Shown one piece after another: positions 1-10,828 of a stretch of 27,692 bases of DNA (position 1 is its first letter; each line of letters opens with the position of its first letter). The notes under the pieces were generated by a model. The model was not told the origin of the DNA. It saw only the letters and a list, made by a program, of their open reading frames with translations, and did no database searches. The stretch spans positions 1 to 27,692 of the forward strand of contig JAYGCN010000096.1 in the NCBI GenBank assembly GCA_046583315.1, given 5' to 3'. Origin of the DNA: Candidatus Hydrogenedentota bacterium (lineage in GTDB: Bacteria > Hydrogenedentota > Hydrogenedentia > Hydrogenedentales > GCA-2746185). The translations under genes and the position numbers were made by a program.

Positions 1-1
1 C

Positions 2-244
2 GTGGAGAAGCTTGGACGTGGCCTGAGCAATATTCTTTTTGGCTGGTCCGAAATTCCTGTGACTTGGGATCGAAAGATGAAACAGGGAAAAGGATTGACC
101 TATCTATTGAGCACGGCACCGGTGATGGGTGCGGTTCGCGCCTTCATGCGTACAGGAATAGGGGTCTACGAGGTTTTCACCTTCCCGGTTGACACCGGTG
201 ACCGCAATTACGAACCCATTCTTGAGCCTGAGTATTTGTTCTAG
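2..244 (+). CDS. Exosortase-system-associated protein (TIGR04073-like), probably 5'-truncated by the window edge
   Basis: KLGRGLSNILFGWSEIP...RTGIGVYEVFTFP...PILEPEY resembles my recollection of this small family; the ORF starts at the window edge. Confidence 0.7.
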   Translation: MEKLGRGLSNILFGWSEIPVTWDRKMKQGKGLTYLLSTAPVMGAVRAFMRTGIGVYEVFTFPVDTGDRNYEPILEPEYLF

Positions 245-359
245 TCACTCGCTTCTGTTCGCCCGGTAAATCCCGCTATACTCATGGCAACCCGTTCCGT
301 GCAGAAGCCCGTCGTGGGTTTATGATTACGCCCGCATCCGAGGGAGACCGCTTGGGCCT

Positions 360-1445
360 ATGCACATCACCCGAATGAGCTGTGACGGATTTCGCTGCCT
401 GCGCAAGGTGGACATCGCCCTGAGTCCGGTTTTTAATGTCATTCGTGGCCAGAACGCCCAGGGAAAGACCTCTCTGCTTGAGGCGATTCTTTTCGCCACC
501 ACCTCCAAAAGCCACCGCACGACGAATGAATCAGACTTGGTGGACCATGAAGGCGATAGATTTCAGATTCATCTTGATGCACAACGCAGCGACCGGCGCA
601 TTCAGCTGGATGCCAATTATTACCGGGGCGCGAAGCGGTACAAGGTGAATGGTGTGGCTCAGTCGCGTGTGAGCGATATCCTGGGCAAGATCAATACGGT
701 TTTCTTTTCCCCTGAGGATATCACGCTGGTAAAAGGCAGTGCGTCACTGCGCAGGAAATTTCTGGATATGGAGCTTTCCCAGCTGCATGCGCCGTACCTC
801 AACGCGCTGCAACAATATCGACAGATTCTGCGGCAGCGAAACGAGCTGCTTCGTCATCCGAAACCGGACGATGGGCTGCTGGAAATTTGGGAGGTACAGC
901 TGGTTGAACATGGCTCGTTGTTGATCAAAAAGCGCGAGCGCTTTATTGAACAACTCACACCTCTGGCGGTTGCGGCGTACCATCGTATCGCAGGGGACGA
1001 AACGCTCTCATTAAAGTACCAAGCGGACGTGAATACGTCGGAAGACTTTGAAGCTATCTTGCGTGATTCCCGGCAAACTGATATTCGAAGGCGCGTGACG
1101 ACGCGTGGCCCGCATCGCGATGACATCGATTTTCATATTGATGGGCAACCCGCGCGCAGCATCGCGTCGCAGGGTCAACAGAAGTCGGCGGCTCTTGCGC
1201 TCAAATTGGCTGAACTTGAGTGGGTACGCGAACGGATTGGTGAGTATCCGGTTCTGATGCTGGACGAGGTGTTGGCTGAGTTGGACCCGACACGATCGGC
1301 ACAATTGTTCGACGCGATCGATCCGCAGGTACAGTGCATCATCACGACAACACAGCCCGACCTTGTTGAACGATTGGGTGATCGTCCTATCGCGGATTTC
1401 GTTATCGAAGGGGGCCGCGTTACAGCGTGCCAGCCTCAGGACTGA
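360..1445 (+). CDS. recF: DNA replication/repair protein RecF
   Basis: Walker A GQNAQGKT, FSPEDI, RRKFLD, QRNELL, GPHRDDI, SQGQQKS, LMLDEVLAELD; GAGGGAG upstream; lies upstream of gyrB. Confidence 0.97.
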   Translation: MHITRMSCDGFRCLRKVDIALSPVFNVIRGQNAQGKTSLLEAILFATTSKSHRTTNESDLVDHEGDRFQIHLDAQRSDRRIQLDANYYRGAKRYKVNGVAQSRVSDILGKINTVFFSPEDITLVKGSASLRRKFLDMELSQLHAPYLNALQQYRQILRQRNELLRHPKPDDGLLEIWEVQLVEHGSLLIKKRERFIEQLTPLAVAAYHRIAGDETLSLKYQADVNTSEDFEAILRDSRQTDIRRRVTTRGPHRDDIDFHIDGQPARSIASQGQQKSAALALKLAELEWVRERIGEYPVLMLDEVLAELDPTRSAQLFDAIDPQVQCIITTTQPDLVERLGDRPIADFVIEGGRVTACQPQD

Positions 1446-1452
1446 TCGAGAG

Positions 1453-1779
1453 ATGCACAAGGACACGCCCGAAGCTATCAAACATATCCTTGAAGGCTTA
1501 AAGGTCACGTCTGAATTGGGACGCACCTTGGACGAGGCGCGCATTTGGGAGCACTGGGAATCGATAGTGCCGTCTCCGTTTAATGCGCACACGTATCCGC
1601 TGCGGGTCAAGAAACAGGTGCTGTTTATTGAGGCCGATAACGCGGTTTGGATGCATAAAACCTCGTATCTGAAGCAGCAGATTCTGGACAGAATTCGGTC
1701 CACAATTCCGCCGGAAACCATCGAGGATCTTCGATTTGTGCTGGAAGATGAGGAGAAGCAAAAAAAGCTCGAAAAATAG
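1453..1779 (+). CDS. dciA: DciA/DUF721 family replicative helicase-loading protein
   Basis: ATG at 1453, 7 nt after the recF stop; WEHWESIV...HTYP...LFIEADNAVWMH...ILDRI...IEDLRF pattern; classic recF-DUF721-gyrB position. Confidence 0.85.
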   Translation: MHKDTPEAIKHILEGLKVTSELGRTLDEARIWEHWESIVPSPFNAHTYPLRVKKQVLFIEADNAVWMHKTSYLKQQILDRIRSTIPPETIEDLRFVLEDEEKQKKLEK

Positions 1780-1799
1780 CTTGCTTTTGGGCATAATAA

Positions 1800-4346
<2,547 letters not shown>

Positions 4347-4379
4347 CCCTGCGGGGATTCAGAATAAACGGGGAATTGT

Positions 4380-6839
4380 ATGTACAACGATGACGATAAT
4401 ATAACGCCGATAACAATCGAAACGGAGATGAAGAAATCGTTCATGGATTATTCCATGAGCGTGATCGTGAGTCGTGCGCTGCCGGATGTGCGGGATGGTT
4501 TGAAGCCTGTTCACCGTCGCATCTTGTATGCGATGCAACTACTGGGGCTTGGCCACACGCGGGCCCTGCGTAAATCCGCGCTCATCGTCGGTGAAACGAT
4601 GGGTAAATACCATCCTCATGGCGATAGCGCGATTTATGACTCCCTGGTGCGTATGGCGCAGGACTGGAGTCTACGCTATCCGCTCATTAACGGTCAGGGT
4701 AACTTCGGGTCGATTGACGGTGACAGTCCGGCAGCCATGCGGTATACGGAGGCGAAGATGCTTCCGATCACCGCGTATATGTTGGCGGATTATGACAAGA
4801 ACACCATCGATATGAAACCGAACTACGATGACAGCCTGATGGAGCCGACCGTGCTTCCGTCGGCACTGCCGAATCTGCTCATCAATGGCTCCTACGGTAT
4901 CGCGGTGGGCATGGCGACGAGCTGTCCGCCTCACAACCTCACAGAGGTGTGTAACGGAGTACTGCACCTCATCGACCAGCCGGAAGCGACTTCGCTGGAC
5001 CTGATGGCGCATATTAAGGCTCCGGATTTCCCGACAGGTGCGATTATCTACGGCACAGACGGTCTGCGCGAAGCCTACGAGACAGGTCGCGGTCGTATTC
5101 GTGTCCGCGCGAAGGTTTCGGTGGAGACGAATAAGAAAACGGGCAAGGACAGCATCATTGTCCACGAGATTCCGTATCAGGTGAACAAATCGAGGTTGAT
5201 TGAAAATATTGCGGCATTGGTTCGCGACAAGAAGGTCGAAGGCATCACTGATCTGCGCGACGAATCGGACAAGGACGGCATGCGCATCGTGATTGAAGTG
5301 CGCAAGGGTGATGAGCCGGAAGTGATTCTGAATCAGCTTTACAAACACACGCAGCTTCAAGAAACGCACAGCATGATCATGTTGGCCTTGGTCAACAACA
5401 TGCCGAAAGTGCTGTCGCTCAAAGAAATTCTGTACCACTTTCTCGAGCATCGTATTGAGATTATTGAACGTCGAACTCAGTATGAATTGGATCAGGCAGA
5501 AGCGCAGGCACACATCTGGGAAGGTCTGATGATCGCCCTCGACAATATTGACGAGGTCATCAAGATTATTCGCGCGTCCAAGGATGAGGAAGAAGCGCGC
5601 CAGGGCCTGATGAAAGCATTCGGACTTTCTCTGGTACAGACCAATGCAATACTGGCCATGCGTCTGCGTCGCTTGACGGGTCTTCAGCGGGAGGAATTGG
5701 AACACAATTACGCCGAGCTGATGAAACAAATCGAAATATATCGTCATATTCTATCAAGCCGCAAAACCCTGTTGGTTGAAGTGCGCAAAATGATTGAAGA
5801 GGTCAAGGAAAAATTCGGCGATGAACGTCGCACGTTTATCCTTACGGATGCGACAGAATTTACGCTGGAAGACATGATCGCGGATGAGGATATGGTGGTT
5901 ACGGTCTCGAACGTCGGCTACATCAAACGTCTCCCGGTCTCCACCTATCGTTCGCAGAAGCGCGGCGGCAAAGGTATCGCGGGCATGGACACGAAGGAAG
6001 AGGATTTCGTCAAAGACCTCTTTATCGCGTCAACCCACCAGTACATCTTGTTCTTTACGAGCAAGGGCCGCCTCTACTGGCGTAAGGTGCATGAACTGCC
6101 AAAGGCGAGTCGTACCGCAAAGGGTCGCGCGATGGCCAATGTGCTCGACCTTAAAGACGGTGAGACGGTGACGGCCTTCCTGCCGGTGCATGATCTGAAA
6201 GAAGAAGGCAAATTCATTCTGATGGTGACGTCGGGCGGCACGGTGAAGAAAACAGCGTTGAAGAATTTCTCGAATCCGCGTGTGAACGGCATTATCGCGA
6301 TTGACCTGGATGGGGATGACCGCCTGATTGACGTAAACATTACGTCTGGCGACGATAATATCCTCATCGCGACGCGCAAAGGTATGTCGATTCGCTTCCC
6401 CGAGAAAGACGTTCGCGCGATGGGTCGCACGGCGCGCGGCGTACGCGGCATCAAACTCGGTAAAGAGGGTGATGAAGTCGTAGGAGTATCGCTGGCGCAG
6501 GATGACATGACGGTGTTGTCAATCTCTGAAAATGGCTACGGAAAACGCACGAAGGTCGGCGAGTATCGCCTGCAGCATCGTGGCGGCTCGGGTATCATCA
6601 ACATCAAGACCTCGGACCGTAACGGCGATGTCATCGCGATGATGACGGTGACGGATAAGGATGAAATTGTACTCATCGCGACGAACGGTATCGTGATTCG
6701 TTCGAAGGTCAAGGACATTCGCACCATCGGTCGCAATACGCAGGGCGTCCGCGTGATGAAGACGACGAAGGACGCGAAAGTGTCCGGTGCAGCTCGGGCC
6801 ATCGCCGAAGAGGAGCAAGAGGTTCCCGAAGAGGAATAG
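4380..6839 (+). CDS. gyrA: DNA gyrase subunit A
   Basis: RALPDVRDGLKPVHRR, YHPHGDSAIYD, catalytic AAMRYTE, GyrA-box QKRGGKG, C-terminal pinwheel repeats and acidic tail. Confidence 0.98.
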   Translation: MYNDDDNITPITIETEMKKSFMDYSMSVIVSRALPDVRDGLKPVHRRILYAMQLLGLGHTRALRKSALIVGETMGKYHPHGDSAIYDSLVRMAQDWSLRYPLINGQGNFGSIDGDSPAAMRYTEAKMLPITAYMLADYDKNTIDMKPNYDDSLMEPTVLPSALPNLLINGSYGIAVGMATSCPPHNLTEVCNGVLHLIDQPEATSLDLMAHIKAPDFPTGAIIYGTDGLREAYETGRGRIRVRAKVSVETNKKTGKDSIIVHEIPYQVNKSRLIENIAALVRDKKVEGITDLRDESDKDGMRIVIEVRKGDEPEVILNQLYKHTQLQETHSMIMLALVNNMPKVLSLKEILYHFLEHRIEIIERRTQYELDQAEAQAHIWEGLMIALDNIDEVIKIIRASKDEEEARQGLMKAFGLSLVQTNAILAMRLRRLTGLQREELEHNYAELMKQIEIYRHILSSRKTLLVEVRKMIEEVKEKFGDERRTFILTDATEFTLEDMIADEDMVVTVSNVGYIKRLPVSTYRSQKRGGKGIAGMDTKEEDFVKDLFIASTHQYILFFTSKGRLYWRKVHELPKASRTAKGRAMANVLDLKDGETVTAFLPVHDLKEEGKFILMVTSGGTVKKTALKNFSNPRVNGIIAIDLDGDDRLIDVNITSGDDNILIATRKGMSIRFPEKDVRAMGRTARGVRGIKLGKEGDEVVGVSLAQDDMTVLSISENGYGKRTKVGEYRLQHRGGSGIINIKTSDRNGDVIAMMTVTDKDEIVLIATNGIVIRSKVKDIRTIGRNTQGVRVMKTTKDAKVSGAARAIAEEEQEVPEEE

Positions 6840-6857
6840 TCGGCCCTGACACTCAAT

Positions 6858-6903
6858 AGGCCCGGCTCCTTGCTTTACGAGCTAAGGAATCGAGCCTTTT
6901 TTT
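6858..6903 (+). terminator. Intrinsic terminator after gyrA
   Basis: Imperfect stem AGGCCCGGCTCCTT...AAGGAATCGAGCCT followed by a T run, 18 nt after the stop codon. Confidence 0.75.
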
Positions 6904-7002
6904 GCTTAACTGCTTTCTGCCTCTTCTTTGATGGGAAAAGGAAGCCAAAAGAAAACGGGAAATACTTCGTATTTTCGAACTGGGGTGATTGGCTTGGGCC
7001 GT

Positions 7003-8403
7003 CTAATTATCGTGCCCGATTTCGACATTGATGTTACGCCATTTTCCGCTGGCGAAGGCAATGTAAGACATGGTGAGTCTGGAGAGGTGGCTGATGAGAA
7101 TCGCGGTCCAGATTACGTTGGTGGAAAGTTTTCCCATGAGCTGGTACACGGTGCAGATTCCGAGCAGGACAACAATTTGGGAGATGAATGCAATAAACAT
7201 TGGTTTGATGGTGTCACCGGCCCCTTGCAGTCCTCCGGTAAAGGCGAGGCTCATCACGACGAACATGCCCGAGAACGCCAGGTATCCTAGAAGGGTGGTG
7301 GCATATTCGACAACGATGGGCTCTTCGTGAACATCGAGTCCGAATGGAATGAGCAGTTGTTCGGCAAAAAACCAGTAGAAGATGCCGAAGAAGCCAGCCC
7401 ATAGGAATCCTACGACGACACCGAGGTACACGCCGTGCATGCCGCGATCTCTCTTACCGGCACCGATGTTTTGTCCCATGACGGTTGCACATGCGGCGCG
7501 TAGCCCGAAACCGACCCATGTGACGACGGTGAATAATTGACCGTAACAAATGGTGTAGGCCGCGACGGCCTCGGCACCGGCGGCCAGAGTTCCGATGTAA
7601 TAGAGCAGCACGAGTCCCCCGACGTTCAGAAGGACCGCTTGAAGTCCGGCTGGCAGTCCCAATTTGACGATTGGAACGAGCACAGACATGTCTGGTCGAA
7701 AAGATAATTTTTCTGGAAGACCGATTAAGACCTTATGACGCGCGATGAGTATCAGCGCGATCAACACGCTTGGAAGAGGAGCGATGCACGTGCCGACTGC
7801 CGGCCCCATTGCACCCATGGCCGGGAAACCGAAGGATCCTGATACGAGTGTGTAACTTACCGCAATCTTTGTCGCTGTCGTGATGATACCGAAGTATAGA
7901 GGGATTTTTGGATTGCCGACCGATTGAAATGCGCCGTTCAGGATGAACATTAAGAAAAGGGGCAAGGTGGCGACAAAAAGGAGGCGGAGATAGGGAAGGG
8001 CGTAGTCGTAGATTTCTTGTGTCGGAGTGACAATTTCGAGTACGAAGGGGGAGAGAAAATAGCCGAGTGGCGCGATCACGAAGAAAAAGGAATAGAGGGA
8101 TGCCTTAACGGTCTCGAAGAATACACGGTTCACAGATTTGGAATCACGGCGCCCTGAGTATTGCGCGATCTGAATGTTCATTCCGTGAAAGAACGAAGAA
8201 AGAAATACGAGCAGAACCAGAAAAGATTGCCATGATATTCCAACGGCGGCCTGGGCCTCGAAACCTACGTAGCGACCTACAAGAATTTGGTCGATAATAC
8301 CGCCAAGACCGGTAATAAGTTGGGTTACGATGACGGGCCAGCTTATTTTCCAGACGGACTTGAGGATGCTGCCGGAGATGATGTCGTCGTCGAATTGGGT
8401 CAT
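7003..8403 (-). CDS. MATE family efflux transporter
   Basis: 466 aa, about 12 hydrophobic segments, two-fold internal repeat (IAQYSGRRD / MGQNIGAGK; QSVGNPKIP / QGAGDTIKP). Confidence 0.92.
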   Translation of the reverse strand: MTQFDDDIISGSILKSVWKISWPVIVTQLITGLGGIIDQILVGRYVGFEAQAAVGISWQSFLVLLVFLSSFFHGMNIQIAQYSGRRDSKSVNRVFFETVKASLYSFFFVIAPLGYFLSPFVLEIVTPTQEIYDYALPYLRLLFVATLPLFLMFILNGAFQSVGNPKIPLYFGIITTATKIAVSYTLVSGSFGFPAMGAMGPAVGTCIAPLPSVLIALILIARHKVLIGLPEKLSFRPDMSVLVPIVKLGLPAGLQAVLLNVGGLVLLYYIGTLAAGAEAVAAYTICYGQLFTVVTWVGFGLRAACATVMGQNIGAGKRDRGMHGVYLGVVVGFLWAGFFGIFYWFFAEQLLIPFGLDVHEEPIVVEYATTLLGYLAFSGMFVVMSLAFTGGLQGAGDTIKPMFIAFISQIVVLLGICTVYQLMGKLSTNVIWTAILISHLSRLTMSYIAFASGKWRNINVEIGHDN

Positions 8404-8502
8404 GGACTCTTCACGGCTTTGGCAGGATTATTCGTAGAGGGTGAAATCATCGTCCATAGAACACCGTTCTTGGGTCGATTTGTTCCAATTTCGCTGGACA
8501 CT

Positions 8503-9750
8503 CTAGAAATTGTCTTTGCCGGTCTTGTCGCTAAGGTGTTCGACCATGCCCTTTACACCGCCAAGGGTCATGTCTTCCATGTGGAAAACTTCGTGGATTT
8601 TCTTGAGGGTGGTGGCGCCGTAGTTGCCGCCCCAGCGTTCGCGGGAGATGGGATTGAGCCACACGGTGTGTTTGAAACGCTTGGCAATCTGCTGCATCCA
8701 GTAGAGGGAGGGGCGTGGATCGCCAAGATCGAAGCCGGTGATGGAGCCGAAGGGGGATAGCAGTTCTTCGGGGGCCATGGTGGCGTCGCCCAGGATCACC
8801 ACGCGGGTGTCTTTGCGCCGCAGGAGGAGTTTCTCAACAGAGTAGGAGCGAATTCGGCGTTGATCTACGTAGACTTTGTCGTAGATGGCGTTGTGGAAAT
8901 AGTAGGTATCAATTTCGTCGAAGCGATCGTGTAGTTTACTGAACAGCAGACGGGTCAGATCGACGTAAGGTGTCATGGAGTACCCTCCGTTGTCGATCAT
9001 CAAGACGAGTTTCATCCGGTCACGCAACTCTTTGTCAAAGCGTAGTTCTATTTCCCCACCGTTCTTGGCGGTCTCACGAATGGTGTCGTCGATATTCAGC
9101 ACATCTTCGGCACCGACGTGTTTGAGGTGTTTCATGGATTCTAGGGCTTGTCGAAGATTGTCGCTACGCAGTTTGTTGCTGTGGGCATAGGAAACGTAAC
9201 GACGATCACCGATGACTTTGAGGGCGGTACCGTTGCCTTGACCACCGCCGACGCGCACGCCTTTTTCTGCGTTACCGGAGTGGCCAAAAGGTGAGTTGCC
9301 TTTGGTACCGATCCATTTGTTTCCGCCGTGGTGTTCCTTGGTTTGTTCTTTGAGACGCTCCCAGAATTTGCGCATGAGTTCTTCAGGAGTCATATCCCAT
9401 TTGGCGCGTTTTGGGAGTTTACCTTCGGCGATTTCTCGTTCGAGCCATTCGCGGAATGCTTTGGTGCGCAGCAGCGACAGGTCGCCTTCTTCGACGGCCG
9501 GGATATCGATATCGTAGAAGTAGTAGGCGAAGGCCCGCTCGTAGGCATCGATATGTTCAACGCGTCGCACGAATACGAGGCGACTGAACACAAAGAGTTC
9601 GTCGAGATCGTTTACGAGACCCTTTGCGAGCCCTTCATTGAGCTCAAGCAGGTCGCGAGTGGACGCGGGCACGCCGTATTCGCGTAGGAGATACAGGAAT
9701 TCGACGTAAAGGGCGTTATAGGCTTCTGCTTCTTCGACAGGTGCTGACAT
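8503..9750 (-). CDS. vWA domain protein (CoxE-like/COG3825 type), partner of the MoxR ATPase
   Basis: HHGGNKWIGTKGNSPFGHSG, LMIDNGGYSM MIDAS-like motif, YYFHN, GDATMAPEEL, VWLNP. Confidence 0.88.
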   Translation of the reverse strand: MSAPVEEAEAYNALYVEFLYLLREYGVPASTRDLLELNEGLAKGLVNDLDELFVFSRLVFVRRVEHIDAYERAFAYYFYDIDIPAVEEGDLSLLRTKAFREWLEREIAEGKLPKRAKWDMTPEELMRKFWERLKEQTKEHHGGNKWIGTKGNSPFGHSGNAEKGVRVGGGQGNGTALKVIGDRRYVSYAHSNKLRSDNLRQALESMKHLKHVGAEDVLNIDDTIRETAKNGGEIELRFDKELRDRMKLVLMIDNGGYSMTPYVDLTRLLFSKLHDRFDEIDTYYFHNAIYDKVYVDQRRIRSYSVEKLLLRRKDTRVVILGDATMAPEELLSPFGSITGFDLGDPRPSLYWMQQIAKRFKHTVWLNPISRERWGGNYGATTLKKIHEVFHMEDMTLGGVKGMVEHLSDKTGKDNF

Positions 9751-9767
9751 GTCCGATTCCCCTTGGC

Positions 9768-10610
9768 TTATAAGTATCGTTTCGGGCCGGAATCGTCACC
9801 GCGGAATGCTTGTATGTCGGTAGCACGCTTGATGAGAACGCCGGGCAAGGGTGGTTTTCCGGGGCTGGGCATTTGGTTCGTAGCTTCGAGTGCGCCGACC
9901 CAGTTGAGCAATTCGCTCGTGGCCGGTGGTTTTTCGAATCCACGTTCGCGCAGGTCGTAGAAGATACTGACGGCGGATTCCATGAGTTCGGGGCTGGTGT
10001 CGGGGTAATGAAGCCTGACGATTTCTTTCATCTGGTCGCGATTCGGGAAGGCCACGTGGTGGCAGTAGCAACGACGCAGGAAGGGATCGGATAGTTCGCG
10101 TTTTGCATTTGATGTAATGATGATGACCGGTTTAATTTTTGCTTCGATGCGATCGTTGACTTCGCGAATGGTGAATTCAAAGTCGTCGAGGATATCGAGT
10201 AAGTTATCCTGAACATCGGATTCGGTCTTGTCAATTTCGTCGAGCAGGAGTACGACGCGTTCTTCAGAGCGGAATGCGCGGCCGATGGGACCCCAGACAA
10301 CGTAGTCGTAAAACTTCTGTACGTCGCGGCCTGTATCAGCGGAGCCGAAACGGGCATCATTCAGACGAAGCACGGTGTCTTGGGTATAACACGCTTCCTC
10401 GCCTTTGATGGTGGATTTGCAGCGGAGGGTCTCAATATCCATGCCGAGGGAGTGCGCCAACTGAAAGGCGAGCTGTGTCTTCCCGGTTCCTGCTTCACCA
10501 GTGATGAGCAACGGTTTTTCCATCTTGAGAGCGATATTGGTTATCGCGCCCAGTTCTTCGTCCATGTAGTAATTTTCGTTTCCGTCAAAGGTCAACTGCG
10601 GCTCACTCAT
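9768..10610 (-). CDS. MoxR family AAA+ ATPase
   Basis: Walker A GEAGTGKT, Walker B LLLDEIDK, ITSN, ELSDPFLRRC, KPPATSELLNW; 17 nt upstream of the vWA gene. Confidence 0.92.
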   Translation of the reverse strand: MSEPQLTFDGNENYYMDEELGAITNIALKMEKPLLITGEAGTGKTQLAFQLAHSLGMDIETLRCKSTIKGEEACYTQDTVLRLNDARFGSADTGRDVQKFYDYVVWGPIGRAFRSEERVVLLLDEIDKTESDVQDNLLDILDDFEFTIREVNDRIEAKIKPVIIITSNAKRELSDPFLRRCYCHHVAFPNRDQMKEIVRLHYPDTSPELMESAVSIFYDLRERGFEKPPATSELLNWVGALEATNQMPSPGKPPLPGVLIKRATDIQAFRGDDSGPKRYL

Positions 10611-10700
10611 GATTTCTCCAATCGATTTTCAACCCAAAGCCCGTTGCGGTATATCCGGGGGCGTATAGATTACGGGAATTATTGCTTCAGCCAAGGGGTG

Positions 10701-10730
10701 ATTTTATCAGGAAGCCTGCGAACCGTTCAA
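10701..10730 (-). promoter_or_regulatory. Putative sigma70 promoter for moxR-vWA
   Basis: Minus strand TTGAAC, 18-bp spacer, TAAAAT with an extended -10 TG. Confidence 0.45.
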
Positions 10731-10790
10731 TTTCCCACATTCAAGACCTGTACTACCGCGAAAACGCCGGAATTCCGTTCGGACTTCGGT

Positions 10791-10819
10791 TTGCTCGTCT
10801 ACGCGTGCTCTGATAGTAT
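10791..10819 (+). promoter_or_regulatory. Putative sigma70 promoter for the GH3-like gene
   Basis: TTGCTC, 17-bp spacer, TAGTAT with an extended -10 TG; ends 9 nt before the ATG. Confidence 0.4.
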
Positions 10820-10828
10820 GCTGTCATC

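Noticed and set aside
4671..5747. 358-aa minus-strand ORF
   Set aside because: Entirely antisense to gyrA, with no recognisable motifs; typical shadow ORF
6928..7290. 120-aa plus-strand ORF after gyrA
   Set aside because: Downstream of the terminator and mostly antisense to MATE
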